Below the pieces are notes generated by a model that did not search any database, was not told the DNA's origin, and was given only the letters and a program-made list of their open reading frames with translations. A DNA stretch of 64,000 nucleotides from Mytilus trossulus. Lineage: Eukaryota. The position numbers and the translations under genes were made by a program. Location: the NCBI RefSeq assembly GCF_036588685.1, contig NC_086380.1:32674001-32738000 (forward strand). The letters run 5' to 3'. Shown here piece after piece: positions 50,507 through 64,000 of this stretch (position 1 is its first letter; each line of letters begins with the position of its first letter).

Positions 50507-53050
50507 CCGAATCCAAAAAAGTTAAAAAGGCCAAATAAAGTACGAAGTTGAAGAGCATTGAGGACCAAAACTCCTAAAAGTTATGTTCGGAGGTATTTAA
50601 CCATGAAGATGAGCATCTGGAGATAAATGACTAAAAATGCATTAGACAGTCAATGTACATAGAGAGAGTAAAACTTTGCTGAATATTTGATAAAGATATG
50701 TCAATAGAGAAGAAAATGAGTTGTTGCATGTTAATGTCTAATTAATTTAAATGTATTAAAGCTTTTGCTGATTATGTTTTAGACACACATGCTAATGACA
50801 CAGTGCTTTAATTGTTCCAACGATGCATATGGACTTTAAAGTGAAGTTACAAGCTACTTCATACATTAAATTAGAGGGTACTCATGAGTAGCAGTAAGAA
50901 GAAGATATATTTCAGAAAAGGAAATATTTGCCGTGTTAACTGCTGGTTCCAAGTCAGAATAAAAGAGTAGGGACGTCATTTTTCTTCTAATTGACGCAAG
51001 TGATAACCATGTAATTTTTTAAAACATGTGGCTCAAACATAGCATTGGAGAAAAAAAGTTGTGGCGCAAAAGGACGCATTTTTGGCGCAAACCGATCTCA
51101 ACCAGGTTTTAAAACGACAACAACCACTCACCAATCACAACAGTGTTTAAAACGAAACAATTTGAAAACTGCGTTCCCTTATTTAAATGATGTTATATTA
51201 TGCGTATATTTTTAAAAATCATTTTCCATTGGAGTTTCAAGAATTCGTGCCTAAATACATTTACAAATGAAGTGCATATACACTTATACCATACTGATAT
51301 CTGTCTGCTCTTTAACTTTTTTTGCTGTCTTCTTTTTCTGAAAAACATATAAAGATTTGCTGCACATTCATGTAATTAGGAAAACCTTATGGAGAGAAAA
51401 ATGGTACAAGGTCACCTCGAGAGACAATAACAATCAAAACCAAGAAGCTAAGTAAACAGAGACTCACAAAAACCAAAGGAATTTTAAATTAACAGTTATA
51501 AAAACTAATTAAGAAACAACACGAACTCCACTTAAAACCGGGAGTGAAATCATGTGCTCCGGAAGGGAAGCATTTCCTGCACCGTATACAACGGCACCCG
51601 CCGTGCTATTTCTTTGTTCAGTCCCATAATGATGGAAGGTTATTATGACTGAGGAAAGCGTTACATGTAAATGTAATTAAAGAAGACAATAATAAACAGT
51701 TATTTTAAATATGTAACTATGCATTAAAGTTCAAAACATATTATCCGAGGTATGAAGATCAGCTCATTTTTTTATTGCCCGAAGCCAACGGCTTACCTGA
51801 TACATACTGAGTTAGTTCTTACAAATTCTTAGAAATAAAACACATGAAAGTAACAGCTATATTAATTATAATATGTGCTTTTGGTAACAATATTCTCTGC
51901 GAACATTCAGCAAAATTTTGATCACATTTTTTTTTATATTTCTAGCGTCCCTATTCTCAAGTAAATCATTTAAGTCTCCATAATCAACATTTAAAAAAAC
52001 GCTCCATCGCGGAAGTTATTTGCAGACGATCAAAACAATTAACCTAAAAACGCTTAAATGACCGAATTTGATTGGACAACATGAATACCTTTCAACTAAT
52101 CAGATTTCAAAATAAGAGGTCATAACTGGTCAGTGCACACATGCGCAATAGAACGATAATTTCTAGTGCAATAGACATTGGAACAAAAACTGGCAGAGAC
52201 ATAGCAAATAATATAATAGAAATATTAATAAAACAGTAAAATACTCTTTATTAGATAATATTTGCACTGCAGGAATTCATAGAAAGATAAACTAGAAAGA
52301 ATATTAAATTTAATCTTTAAAAACGATCTTCTTATCTGTTTAATTTCAACAGCTACATGTATATCTGCAGAGATTATCAAAGAGAAACTAAACGAAAGCG
52401 AATAATTTATAACCTAATCCATATATAAATTGGGAACTTCATGTATATAAATAAGAAAAAAAGGAAAAAATTGCCAATGAGACAGATATACAAAAACTCC
52501 AAAGGACAAAGATGACTAACAATTACCACGAAAACTTCATCAATAAGCAAAAACCATTGTAAGGTAGGATACACTTGGTCTCCGTAGGACAAAACGTGAA
52601 TCAATTAAACAGAGAAAACCAACGGCATTATTTACATGTATGTTTATATATCTCTAACAATAAACGATAAACAATAATAGTGGACGACAACCAACGACAG
52701 CATGTTCTATTAGTTACAATGTGTGTATATATCATGAATATCTTAACTCCTATACAGTTTTAGGAATGGCATTAGTTAAAAGGGACCGTATATATTAAAT
52801 ATTAGGCTAGTGGGTGTATTATTTTGATATTAATATGTTAGTAACAGTTTCGTTTCGCCAACACAACAGATGAAGAAAAATTTAAATTGTGATGAACGAC
52901 TAAATATTTCTTGCAGAAAACACAACCAAGCTAACAATGGGTTATTAGCTGCATTTTTTGTATAGACCAATGGCATTAGATTGAATATTTGATCATTTTG
53001 ATTATTAAGTCCGCATGTTTAACAAGATAGTCAGTAATAAAGATAAATTC

Positions 53051-53140
53051 GTTATACAGTGTGCTAGTGACCTATTACGAGATATATGGAATGTACTGAC
53101 CCCACATATATCGCATTAAGTCACTAGCACACTGTGTAAC
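53051..53140. repeat. Short inverted-repeat element
   Basis: gttatacagtgtgctagtgac...gtcactagcacactgtgtaac. Confidence 0.75.
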
Positions 53141-53201
53141 TAATAATATGTAAATGTGGTATCTCTACATGCATTTTGAATTGTTTTACTATCAATAGTA
53201 A

Positions 53202-53438
53202 GGGACGACATCAAAAGTTCAATGAAGGATAAAAAACTTTATTCACACAGTTTTTTCACTGACCCCCCTCTTAACTTAATTTGGGATAAATTGATTGACC
53301 AATAGGGATATATGTAAAATCGATTTTAGATTAACAAAAAACTTGCAGCATTGTTGACCCCCCCCCCCCCCCCCACCCCACCCCCAAACTATTTGATTTA
53401 AGTTTTTTTATCCTACATAGATCTTTTGATGTCGTCTC
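53202..53438. mobile_element. PIF/Harbinger-type (Tourist-like) MITE, TAA TSD
   Basis: TAA|gggacgacatcaaaag...cttttgatgtcgtctc|TAA. Confidence 0.82.
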
Positions 53439-54986
53439 TAACATATTGAGAAAAATATATCATTGTTTCGATATATATTTCGATTATAATATTTGACATG
53501 TTTTGATGAGTTTGTGTAACAATTGTTTATGCATATTTTAATAGAGAAGTGAGAAATGGTCCCTTTGGAACAATAAGAAACTTTAACCCAGAGAAAAACA
53601 GATAGCGCAATGGTGAAAGGAAAAACACCAGACAAGCAACATTACACAATTAGACATCGAGGTTGTTCGCTTGTCATGTTTTGGAACTTTTTTTCAGATT
53701 TTTGGAATCCTCTGGTTTTAAATCTTTTACGTGTCTGATAATAAGTCATTTGTAAAAGTCCTATAATTTTTTTTGTTATTTTGTTATTTTGAGGACTTGA
53801 AATTGCCAATGATAAAGTTATGAAAAACCAAGAGTGAACATTTTCCCACCAACATTTTAATGGCATGAATCTCGGACTTTTCTTTTTAACCCTCTCATTT
53901 GGTTCCTTAATTAATCCCCTAACAATATATATAAGGGTTGTGGAAAGCTTATTATTTGGAAACTGAGTAGCGAACTTCCTTAACCCAGAAAACTTTATTT
54001 TAAAGATTGGTCAAAGACTGGGTTACACTAACCCCAATCCTCATAAGTCGGGGGAGGTTAGACTCAAGATAGTGTGTAAGTGTATTAATTCCTGCTCCAC
54101 TAGTGACACTTGTAAATATTAATTGAAAGCAAAAAACTTGATATTTTCTGAAATTCAAATTTCATCTTATATAATTGTTTTTTTTTTATACTACAGCTAC
54201 ACAAAAAATGTTACAATTGACAACACAAAACTATGATGCATGGTCAACCTCTGAACGAACCCTTGTTTGTAAAATAAAATAATGCTACATGAAATTAACC
54301 TTGCTTAAAATATCCCTTTTATTACTTTATTTGTTACTAGATAAACATGATAAAGACAACAGACAGTTTTAAAGCTATATTATTAATAAAGTTTTTTATG
54401 CGCAATAAATCCCGGTGTTATTGGAATTTTGTTACGTAAGTTAGAATCACAGGTGTTTAAATGTTGATTCGAGATAAATTGGCATTAAAATGAAACCGAA
54501 ATTTACTTGCAGTGTTCGATTTTCATCATTGTTTCAGTATTTCCTTGAGTAAATTCGAACAATGAATATTTGTAACTGAAAAGAGAAATTCGAAATTAAA
54601 TTTCTGTTGAAGTAAATAGATGCCGTCATATTCTAATGCAGATACATATTGGATTGTTACCAAAACGTACATTAGATAATTTTAATACATGTTAGAATAA
54701 TTATGCATACTAAATGCTAAAAAACACTAAGACACTATCAAATATCCACAAAGAAATAAACGTATAACTATTTTAATGCATATATGGCGAATATCGTTTT
54801 ACAAAATCTCCATTGTACGACCCCGGCCTATTTTAACGCGAACAGACATACTGAGATGCACTAGACACAATACATGCAATATGAGACAATTAATGCAATC
54901 TTAAATTAATAAGTAAATGTATAAAAAGATCTCAGTCGTTTTGATATTAGACATCGCAATGGTATTTCAGATCTTGTGAGATCCAG

Positions 54987-55347
54987 AATTTACATGAAAT
55001 ATTTGCTGCTGTACGTTAAAAGTTTGATATGTTAGACATTACAATAGGTACATTTTTACCTATAGAAATTATTACAGGAACACCATTGTGTCTGTCATTC
55101 TGGATTATAACCTTTGTAAACTTGTTGATGCTATTTATAAATATGTTACACTTAAACGAATACAAATTTACATGAAATATGTGCTGCTGGACGTTGAAAG
55201 TCATACATTACACTTGATATTCTGACAAAGCCGATACATATTACCTTACAATACTGTGACTGTCATACTGGAATTATAACCTTTGTAAATTTGTTGATGC
55301 TATTTATACAGTGTTATACACATGTTACACTTAAACGAATACTAAAT
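54987..55347. repeat. ~180-bp tandem duplication just upstream of the + strand UNC-93 gene
   Basis: aatttacatgaaatat.tgctgctg.acgtt and ttataacctttgtaaa.ttgttgatgctatttata..atgttacacttaaacgaatac each occur twice. Confidence 0.85.
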
Positions 55348-55551
55348 ATGCACACAGAAGATGGATAATCGATCTCACTTTTATTTATATTCATAATGTC
55401 TTACGATTGTGAAACATGCCGTACATAGTTTAAAATATGCTGTGATAAGAAACACATCAGGCACATGTGTATACATCGACCTATACATTGACTAACTGTA
55501 CTTTAAAAGTGGACTACGGCCGAACCGGACCATTGATTGTAAGTAGAGAAA

Positions 55552-58500
55552 ATGAGAAATTTCAGAATGAAAATATATTGTGCGTTTCGCGGTGGTGTTA
55601 AATCGGACAAAATAGAAAGTCCCTTACAATCAACTATCGTTATATCCATTGCTTTTTTCTTTGTGTTTTCTGCCTTCATGTCGATCCAGGCATTACAGAA
55701 TAGTTTGAACATGGAAGCAGGACTTGGAGTTAAGTCTCTTGCATGTTTATACAGCGCTAGTATAGTGTCGTCACTACTTGCTCCGTTCTGTATTAAAGTT
55801 CTTGGTGGAAAAATTACAGTGGTGGCAGCGTTTTCTTGCCATGCTATATATGTAATGAGTAACTTCTATCCACGGTTTTACACTTTGATTCCAACGTCAA
55901 TACTTTTAGGATTAGTTACCGGTCCACTATGGACTGCGCAGAATCTGTTTATCACTGCTAGTGCCACGAGAATTGCAGAGAAAAGAAAGAAAAACTTGAA
56001 AGATGTTCTGAACCGACACAACGGAATATTTTTCTCTATTCATGGAGTGGCTTTCGGCATTGGAAGTGTCGTCTCTTCTATAATTTTTCACACAGATATA
56101 ACTTTACCATCCGGAAACGTTTCCAAATTGTGTGGCATTTTAGAATGTGACAGCTACCTACAACCAAACACCTCTAATATATCTTTTATAAGTACAAATA
56201 GACCATCATCTCAGTTACTTCATCAACTCTTTAGTGTTTACCTAGCATTTGACATGATTGGTGTTGTCATAGCAATGGTACTATTACCAACATTACCAGT
56301 CAGTGATTGGATAAAAAAGAAAAGTGCTTTAAAGTCTGTCTATTCCATGTTTTCATCTTTATCGAACGTTAAATTGGTGTTATTTCTACCCTTAACTATA
56401 ATGACTAGCGTACAACGCTTTGTTTTATATGCGGATTTTACAAAAGTAAGTATTACGAGATATTTTAATTAAATTATGCAAGTGCACATACGAGTGCACG
56501 AGGACTAGACATATATTGATGACTAGGTGAGAAAATATCAACTAATTTATATGCATTGAAGATAATTGATTAATGAGGGATGGGATCCCGCTTTGAAAAA
56601 CTTCAAAAATGGCACATAAAATTGAGAATGGAAATGGGGAATGTGTCAAAGAGACAAAATTCCGACTATAGAAAAAACAACAGCAGAAGGTCACCAACAG
56701 GTCTTCAATGTAGCGAGAAATTCCTGCACCCGGAGGCGTCCTTCAACTGGCCCCTAAACAAATATATACTAGTTCAGTGATAATGAACGCCATACTAATT
56801 TCCAAATTGTACACAAGAAACTAAAATTAAAAGAATACAAGACTAACAAAGGTCGAAGGCTCCTGACTTGGGACAGGCGCAAAAATGCGGCATGTTTGTT
56901 TCAGTCAATGCATTTTGTTAATCATATTATAATGTAAAATGGATGGGAAATCTACAAAACACAACATTGAACACTAAAGACTGAACAACACGAATCCTAT
57001 TAAAACCTATGATTACCCCCAGGTGCTCAGCAAGGGTAAATTGCTATTACAGGCGTTTTTAGCATGTCCATATTTATGTAACGAAAACTTAATTCATCGT
57101 GCTCTCTGTTGCACATGCATATTCGCTTAATATAAATTTGTGTATATACGTATGTTCCATATTCTCTTTGTTGTATACTCAAAGACTTTAAAAACGCAAC
57201 ACACATTTTGTTTATTTCAATTTTATGCTTTTATCAAATCAGGGTTACATTATGACTTTACAATATTGACTTTATTAACGAAAGAAAAACATGATGTTAA
57301 GTCGTTGTCGCGTGTTGATGTGGTTGGTGAATGTTTCTCTCATCTCGACTTTTTTTTATATATTATAGTTTAGACCGTTTTTTTTCTTGTTTGAATGGTT
57401 TTACACTAGTCATTTTTGGGGGCCCTTTATAGCTTGCAGTTCGGTGTAATCCAATATTCCGTGTTGAAGACGGTGCTTCGACCTATAATGACTTATTGCT
57501 ACAAATTGTGACTTGGATGGAGAGTTGTCTCATTGGCACTCATACCACATCTTCCTATGTTTCATATGACTTTAATTATTTATGCATTAGCTTTTAAAGA
57601 CATGTATGCAGACTTTGGCAAAACTACGTTCAATGTAAACAACTTTTCACGAAAATACAATGTTTCCTCAACCCACGAAAATTGATATATACGAAAATAA
57701 ATGAATCCACAAAATTCACGTTTGTTACAAACTTGCACATAAGAATAAGGAGGTGTGGTATGAATATCAATAAGATAACTATCAACCAGAGTTCGAATTA
57801 AGTGGATGGTAGCAATTTTTATGCTACCGTATAATTGTATGTACATTGTTTTATAGGCGTACATCACATGCCCATTCAGTATTGGATGGGTAGGATTAGT
57901 TATGGCAAGTTATGCATTAACAAATACAATTAGTCTACAAATTATACATGGAATAGCAAAGTTGATCAAACGTAAAATTCTAGTAGCATTCGCAGCCATG
58001 GTTAACATAGCGGAAATGACGTTTTGGTTATTTTGGAACCCAACAGCCGATCACCTTCCTTTAGTATTTGTATCAGTCATTTTATGGGGAATGACAGACG
58101 CAATATGGAAACTTGAAATATTTGGTAAGTTATATTAATTCGATTTACTATAACACCCCTACTATATGGACACAAAAAATGGCAATGTTTTTTCGAAAGT
58201 ATGCTGGCCAAAAACATTCGGAGATTAATAATTTTTTACTAAATTGTTCAAAAGATTATTTTTTTCTTCTGTTAAATCATTTACACACAAATGCTCTACA
58301 AATCGACGAATATAATGCAGTGTCCTACCTGATTTCGTTGCCTAGAAGAATATTCATTTGTCAATATAAACAGATGTTGTATGTTTGCCGATGAGACAAA
58401 AATCCTCTAGATACCAAAATGACGTAGGTCTAAGCAACTACTAGTCACCGTACGGCTTTCACAAAGAAGCAACACTCATACCATGTCAACGATGTCATTA

Positions 58501-60831
58501 ATTTTTAAAGTTATCTTCAATTTTGTTTTACGTTCAGCGTCAAATAGTGCATGCATGTTCTGGACAAGTACAAAAAATGTACAAGTCAACAATTAAATAA
58601 TACAACGTTCAGGTCCTGCAATAGATATCGTCTTGAATGAATAAATTGTCACTGAAAAATGAGGGTATACTGGATAGGGAAAGAAATTTAGCCTTGCAGT
58701 AGGCCACCTACCGACCAGTAAAGAGTCGCGGCAGGATTTTATAAGGGAGTTACCATTTGATTTTTATGGGGGTCTAGGATGAAAAATTTTGTCCTGCTTT
58801 TTTTTTAAAGTTGTAATCTCTGTCCTGCCTTTTTATTGTTTACTCTATTCGGTCCTGCCTTTTTATTTTTTACTCTATTCGGTCCTGCCTTTTTATTTTT
58901 TACTCTATTCGGTCCTGCCTTTTTTTTACTAGTTTATCCTGACTTTTTTTACACAAATTGTCATCCTGCCTTTTTTTTTTTACCAAGTTGCTCATCCTGC
59001 ACTTTTTTTTTTTACTAAAAACTCCTGTCCTGCTTATTTTTTTCAAATTTCATCCTAGCCCCCCATAAAAATCAAATGGTAGCTCCCTAACGTGCAACAA
59101 GCGTGAAACACAAGTTACACATTAGGCACTAAGTGATATTTCTCGTACAGCCACAAACGGCCACCCTGCCTCGCTGCAAAGGTGTTACCACCGACTGCAT
59201 TTGTCATTCATTCTTATGATTATTCAGTTTGGGTAATTTTTGGATGAAAACGAAAAAAATGCGTCCGGATATTGTTTCCGTCATCAGACCGTGTTTAAAG
59301 TAAATGACTAGACTTTCGATTTAAACTTTTAAACATAATTTTCAGAATTACTCGGAAACAGGACAATTATTATCGCGTTATTCTACATGTATATACTATG
59401 ATTATACTCCTTTGCTATAATATATAGAGACTCTCTATATAATATAGCAGTGATCGCCGCGGAGAAGAAACATGGAATTGATAGTAAATAGAAAATACAC
59501 TTTATTTATAATATATGTATGTTAATAGATGTTCATATACAGTAACGCGAAAATCATGGAATTTTACAGAAAATAATTTTTTTAACGGACTGTGGAAAAA
59601 AAGGAGAGGGCTTAAAATATTGTCCTGTCTCCACTGAGTACCCATGACTTTTGATACCTTTTTTGAAATTCTCCAGACATAAATTTTTTTTTAATACTTG
59701 TATCTTTAATTTTTTTCTGTTATGAATATCCTATTTTGTCGAGACTTCGACTTTAGTCGAAAAAGCGAAACAAAGCGATCCTACATTCCGTCGTCGTCGG
59801 CGGTGACGACGTCCACAAATATTCTCTCTGAAGATAGTTTTTGAAATTTGAAATTTTAATAACTTTCTTAAACTATACTGGATTTCTACAAACTTGAACA
59901 GAAGCTTGTTTATGATCATAAGATAGTATCCAGAGGTAAATTTTGTAAAAATAAAATTCAATATTTTCCGTATTTAACTTTTAAATAGACTTAGTTTTTC
60001 TGCTGGGAAACATTACATTCACTCTGTGGTTAAACTTTTTAAAATTTAGATAACTTTCTTAAACTATCCTTGGTTTGCACCAAACTTGGACAGAAGCTAG
60101 TTTATGATCATAAGACAGTATATACAAGTAAAATTTGTAAAACAATAAATCCATTTTTTCCGTATTTTACTTTTAAATGGACTTAGATTTTCTTCCAGTT
60201 AACATTACATACAGTCTGCAGTTAAAGTTTTTAAAGCATTTACTATCCTGGATTTTTACCAAACTTGGACAGAAGTTTCTTACAATCAAAAGATAGTATC
60301 AAGAGGAATATTTTTATTGATTTTTTGCTCATTTTTGTTGAGCCTGCGAATTACAGAAAAAGTAGGCGAAACACTGGATACCGCGGAACCCTTACAAATT
60401 TGTTTTCTTACAATTTCTTAATTAGATATAGGAAGATGTGGTGTGAGTGCCAATGAGACAACTCTCCATCCAAATAACAATTTAAAAATTAAACCATTAT
60501 AGGTTAAAGTACGGCCTTCAAGACTGTTTCATTAATTACTGGTTTATTTTTTACAGGTACTATACCAGTACTGTTTTCAACAAGGAAGGAACCAGCTTTC
60601 GCCAATGTTCATTTTTGGGGATCTTTGAGTAGTGCAATCTATTTTGGAACAGCAAGCTATCTTTGTGTCTTTACGAAACTTTTAGTGTGTATTGCTTTAA
60701 TGATTATATCAATGCTGCTATATCTAATATTACAAATAAAACTGTCCAGGGAACAGTCACCAGACAGACCTACAGAGCAGGAAATCAGCATCCAAGAGAA
60801 GGAACAATTAAACAACACGTCTGCAGATTGA
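55552..60831 (+). CDS. UNC93A: UNC-93-like MFS membrane protein, divergent paralogue, ~478 aa; join(55552..56445,57857..58124,60557..60831)
   Basis: FVFSAFMSIQALQNSLN, NFYP, GPLWTAQN, ADFTK|AYITCP, EPAFANVHFW; same intron positions and phases as the minus-strand copy (1437 nt). Confidence 0.88.
56615..56890 (+). repeat. High-copy interspersed repeat A (also ~3690-3815, ~10220-10390, ~26815-26910, ~29570-29725, all on -)
   Basis: Shared aattgagaatggaaatggggaatgtgtcaaagagacaa...ggtcttcaatg.agcgagaaa...ctggcccctaaacaaatatatactagttc. Confidence 0.8.
58745..59087. mobile_element. PIF/Harbinger-type MITE, TAA TSD, with internal 30-bp tandem repeat
   Basis: TAA|gggagttaccatttgatttttatgggg...ccccataaaaatcaaatggtagctccc|TAA; internal (tcctgcctttttattttttactctattcgg)n. 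Confidence 0.88.
59733..60398 (+). mobile_element. Helentron-associated (HINE/pearl-like) element with ~190-bp internal tandem units
   Basis: 5' ttttgtcgagacttcgac and 3' ttttgttgagcctgcga related termini, a (cgt)n microsatellite, ~2.5 copies of taactttcttaaactat..aaacttggacagaag..gatagtat. Confidence 0.65.
60425..60522 (+). repeat. High-copy interspersed repeat B (also ~30920, 31290, 42920, 44550, 58360 on +; ~32745, 36125, 47470, 57465, 61700 on -)
   Basis: Shared agatgtggtatgattgccaatgagacaactctcca...cgtacggccttcaaca. Confidence 0.8.
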
Positions 60832-60924
60832 CAACGGCTGTTCATAGAATCGGTTCAATATTAAATAATTTGTTTTAAGTATCTGTTGATGATTGAAGCT
60901 ACTTAAAAAAAATTAAAAATTAAA

Positions 60925-61030
60925 AAAAAATACTGAACTCCGAGGAAAATTCAAAACGGAAAGTACCTAATGAAATGGCAAAATCTAAAGACGATGGATA
61001 ACAAAGTTAACTATCATATCCCTGACTTAA
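60925..61030 (+). repeat. High-copy interspersed repeat C (also ~8325-8410 +, ~7290-7420 -, ~24300-24450 -)
   Basis: Shared aatactgaactccgaggaaaattcaaaacggaaagt.cctaat.aaatggcaaaatc. Confidence 0.8.
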
Positions 61031-62621
61031 TGTGTAGCTAGCTTAACCTCTCACTTGTACAACAGTCGCGTAAAATTCCTTTACATTGTCAAAGATGTGT
61101 GAACAATCACACATAAAAGGTAAACAATTGTCTAAAAATTTGACACATCAATCGACATTGTGTTATAATCTCAATCACTATGAAAAATCAGCAAAAAAGA
61201 AAGACAAGAATCAATATAATCATAGCACAATAACACAGCGATTGGATGTATAAGTACAGAGCCACATCATATGTAACAAAGAAACACAAAAAAGGCTTCA
61301 GAACGAAAGACATTAGCAAAATTGAAAGACAAGTTAGAATAAAAATTTAATATAACACAATAACACAATGATGGGACGTATAAGTGCAGGCCGCGTTGTA
61401 TGTAACAAAGAAACATAAAAGGGCATATATAAAACAAGCGGCGGTTTTAGGGGGAGGAAGACCAACCACACCCTTTGTGGGGAAAAAGTTAGAAATAATG
61501 AAGCTTGACAGGCGCCAGATCTATTTTAGTTAGTCAATCTGCCCGTCACCATTCCTTACATTAAAAAAGTCCAAAAAAGACTAAATCTCTAGAATCAAAT
61601 CGACTGAAATATAAATAACTTATATAATAAGAAAGAATACAAACAGTATCACCAATGAATTGAACTAACCTGCACAGCTATACAATATGGGTTTGTCGCA
61701 TTGTTGAAGGATGCAATGTTGGCTATTATTGCCTACAACTACACCATTTGAGTTTTGGTGGATAGTGGTTGCATTGAAAATTATACCACATCGATCTCCT
61801 TATTCAAATACATAAAAGTGAAACTAGTCTAGGTGTTAAACCATTTGATATGAATTGGGAGATTATTATTTATTGATAGTAATCGTTGTTTATGTGTTAA
61901 ACAATAAGAGTTGTTTTCGGTAATAAAAAAAAAAAAGAAAAGAAAAAGAAAAAAAATCTTTAAAACATAAGAAAAATCTTCACTAAAAGAAAAAAAAACC
62001 TCGTCTAATTGTTCGCAGTTATTGCTGAGAATATTTATCAGGTTGTGATTGTTTGGGTCGCTTTCAGTTGAAAAGGAACAAATGATAAGGAACAAATAAT
62101 TTATTATACATGGGTGACAGTTAGTGCCTCTCAGAATACCAATCATTCGAGGTGCAATACCAACTAAAGCATGATAGTACGTCTGATCAGATTTCATACA
62201 GAAAGGGTTGAAAAATATTGCTTTGAGTTTGACAGTTGTAAGAAATTATCCCTGCATTGTATTGCAAAAAATATACGGAGTTATCAGCAAATACCGTGGG
62301 TGTTTCGAAGGACGATTTCTATTTAGTGTTTCTATAAATCATTTTGAAATTTTATGGTGACATGGTTACTAATTATATAAAGCTTGATAATAGGACAAAA
62401 ATGGACATTAGTTTTGATTGGTCTTCTTTAGGTATTGGTTATTTTGTTTTATAGGCAATGAAATGTTGTGTGAAATTTTATGGTTGTACTGACTAAAATA
62501 CCACTTAACTCATTTCACTGAAGTATTATTTATTTGAAACAAAGAGAAATTTTTCACAATGTTTTTAATATACCAATTTGACAAAGACAAACAGGTATGA
62601 ATCAATCGTGGTATTATTCCT

Positions 62622-62872
62622 CGGCAGTGGAGGGGTCACGTGGTCCTATATGTAGTTCTGCTACTGTGATCACTAGCCAGTCAACACGGATGTTGTGAGT
62701 TCGAACCTCGCTCGTGTGAGTGCATTCGACTTGAATCTTCATTGACCAGGATTGTCAGTTTTCCTATCGAAGGTCGATGATTTTCTCCGGGCAATCCGGC
62801 TTCCTCCACAAAGAAAACTTGACACGAAATAGTCTAAAAGTGGCGGTCAAACACCAACAATCAATCAATCAA
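62622..62872 (+). mobile_element. tRNA-derived SINE (V-SINE-like central domain)
   Basis: Pol III B-box gttcgaacc, central ttttctccgggcaatccggcttcctcc, (aatc)n tail. Confidence 0.75.
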
Positions 62873-64000
62873 TTCTGAGGCAATGTTATTATTTTCAAAA
62901 CGAACACGTACTTTATTATATCCTCCAAAAAATCTCCAGAATCAATCTAGAGATTGCTCGAGATAATGCTTCTTGAAGATCACAAATAAAAATGAACAAG
63001 TTATCAAGTAATTGTAGGACGGCATATGCAAATAAGATTGCCAAAGAGACAACTCTGAATGTCTGAATACCACACTAGCATAATTTTTAAAGGTTGACTA
63101 TATACAGAAAAAAAAAATAAGCGACCAGCATCTAAAATATCTATTTGCAACTTATATTGACCATCGATAAAATAATAACTTTATACAATGCATTATTAAT
63201 ATCCACCAATGGAACTTTATATAATCAGATTATTTCAAAAGAAAATACAATTAAAATTTGTGAAAAATATTAAAACTCAAAAAGTCTTACACTCACAATT
63301 TAAAAAAAAACCCACCAACAGATGAAATCAGAGAATAATCGATTATATGTGTCATGACGAGTGTAACAGTTAAAAATTCATTTTGATGAAATACACCCAC
63401 GCTAGTAATTGCAAAATTTCGAACTTAAATTCTTTGGTTAGGGTTATCATGCAGTAAATTACAACAGACTACAGAATGACTATAAGAACTCTGGTGAGCA
63501 TAACGAGATCAGATATCTGTAATTTGATTGGATCTGCGTTGGTATATTTTTTGTAACGCCGCACTACATTGGTTCATACATTTTCATTGTAGATTTTTTT
63601 TTATGTCTTTCTGAAATAAGAATAATCCAATGCTACTAGGAAGATCGTCTTTACTTTACACCAATAAAAAATAGAATTACCAAATATGCAATGCATTTGG
63701 GAATTTTTAAGACCTGTTGCATTGGATGATTTGAAAGTGCATTTTGCGTGGGTTTCTCTGTACTTTCTTCACTAAGCTGCAAAACGTCTGAATAATTTTG
63801 ATTATATAACATTGCTAATAAAAATATCAGTAGGCGTGAGCTACACCGCACGACACTTGTTTAGATTGAATTACTGGTCTTTGGATTATAACATTAGGCT
63901 TTATTACTACGGTACTCGGGGATTTGGTTAACTTTTTACACTCCAAGAAAATAGTTAAAAGCATATTTCACTTTGCACTTCCGTATAAGACTATGAAATA

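Noticed and set aside
53357-53386. Poly-C tract as a G-quadruplex regulatory element
   Set aside because: Lies inside a MITE; homopolymer length is unreliable; no other support.
62622-62712. tRNA gene
   Set aside because: B-box present but no full cloverleaf; continues into SINE body and tail.
361-63851. The many 60-130 aa F/L/I/Y-rich ORFs in the track
   Set aside because: Composition expected from random AT-rich DNA or repeats; many start at non-ATG codons; no motifs or splice support.

Overview
AT-rich, intron-containing eukaryotic DNA. Gene content and repeat style suggest a bivalve mollusc, most likely a Mytilus-type mussel (inference). Hand splicing (GT/AG sites plus phase checks) gives these genes. 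(1) The last three exons of a + strand laminin-G (Pif/LamG3-type) gene, 332-3512. (2) A complete 8-coding-exon minus-strand paralogue, 12602-23345, about 2316 aa: signal peptide, ~1900-aa acidic Cys-free repeat region, three chitin-binding type-2-like modules and a LamG domain, with no VWA domain. It lies tail-to-tail with gene 1. (3) A secreted Gly/Met/Gln-rich low-complexity protein, 37189-38160. (4) An intact L1/Tx1-type ORF1 followed by a decayed ORF2 start. (5) A head-to-head pair of 3-exon UNC-93-like MFS genes. Non-coding DNA is dense in MITEs, Helentron-like elements, a tRNA-derived SINE and LINE/Penelope remnants. It also carries several minimal type-I hammerhead ribozyme motifs with palindromic stem III, two with intact cores that covary with each other. 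No database searches were run; family assignments rest on motif recognition.
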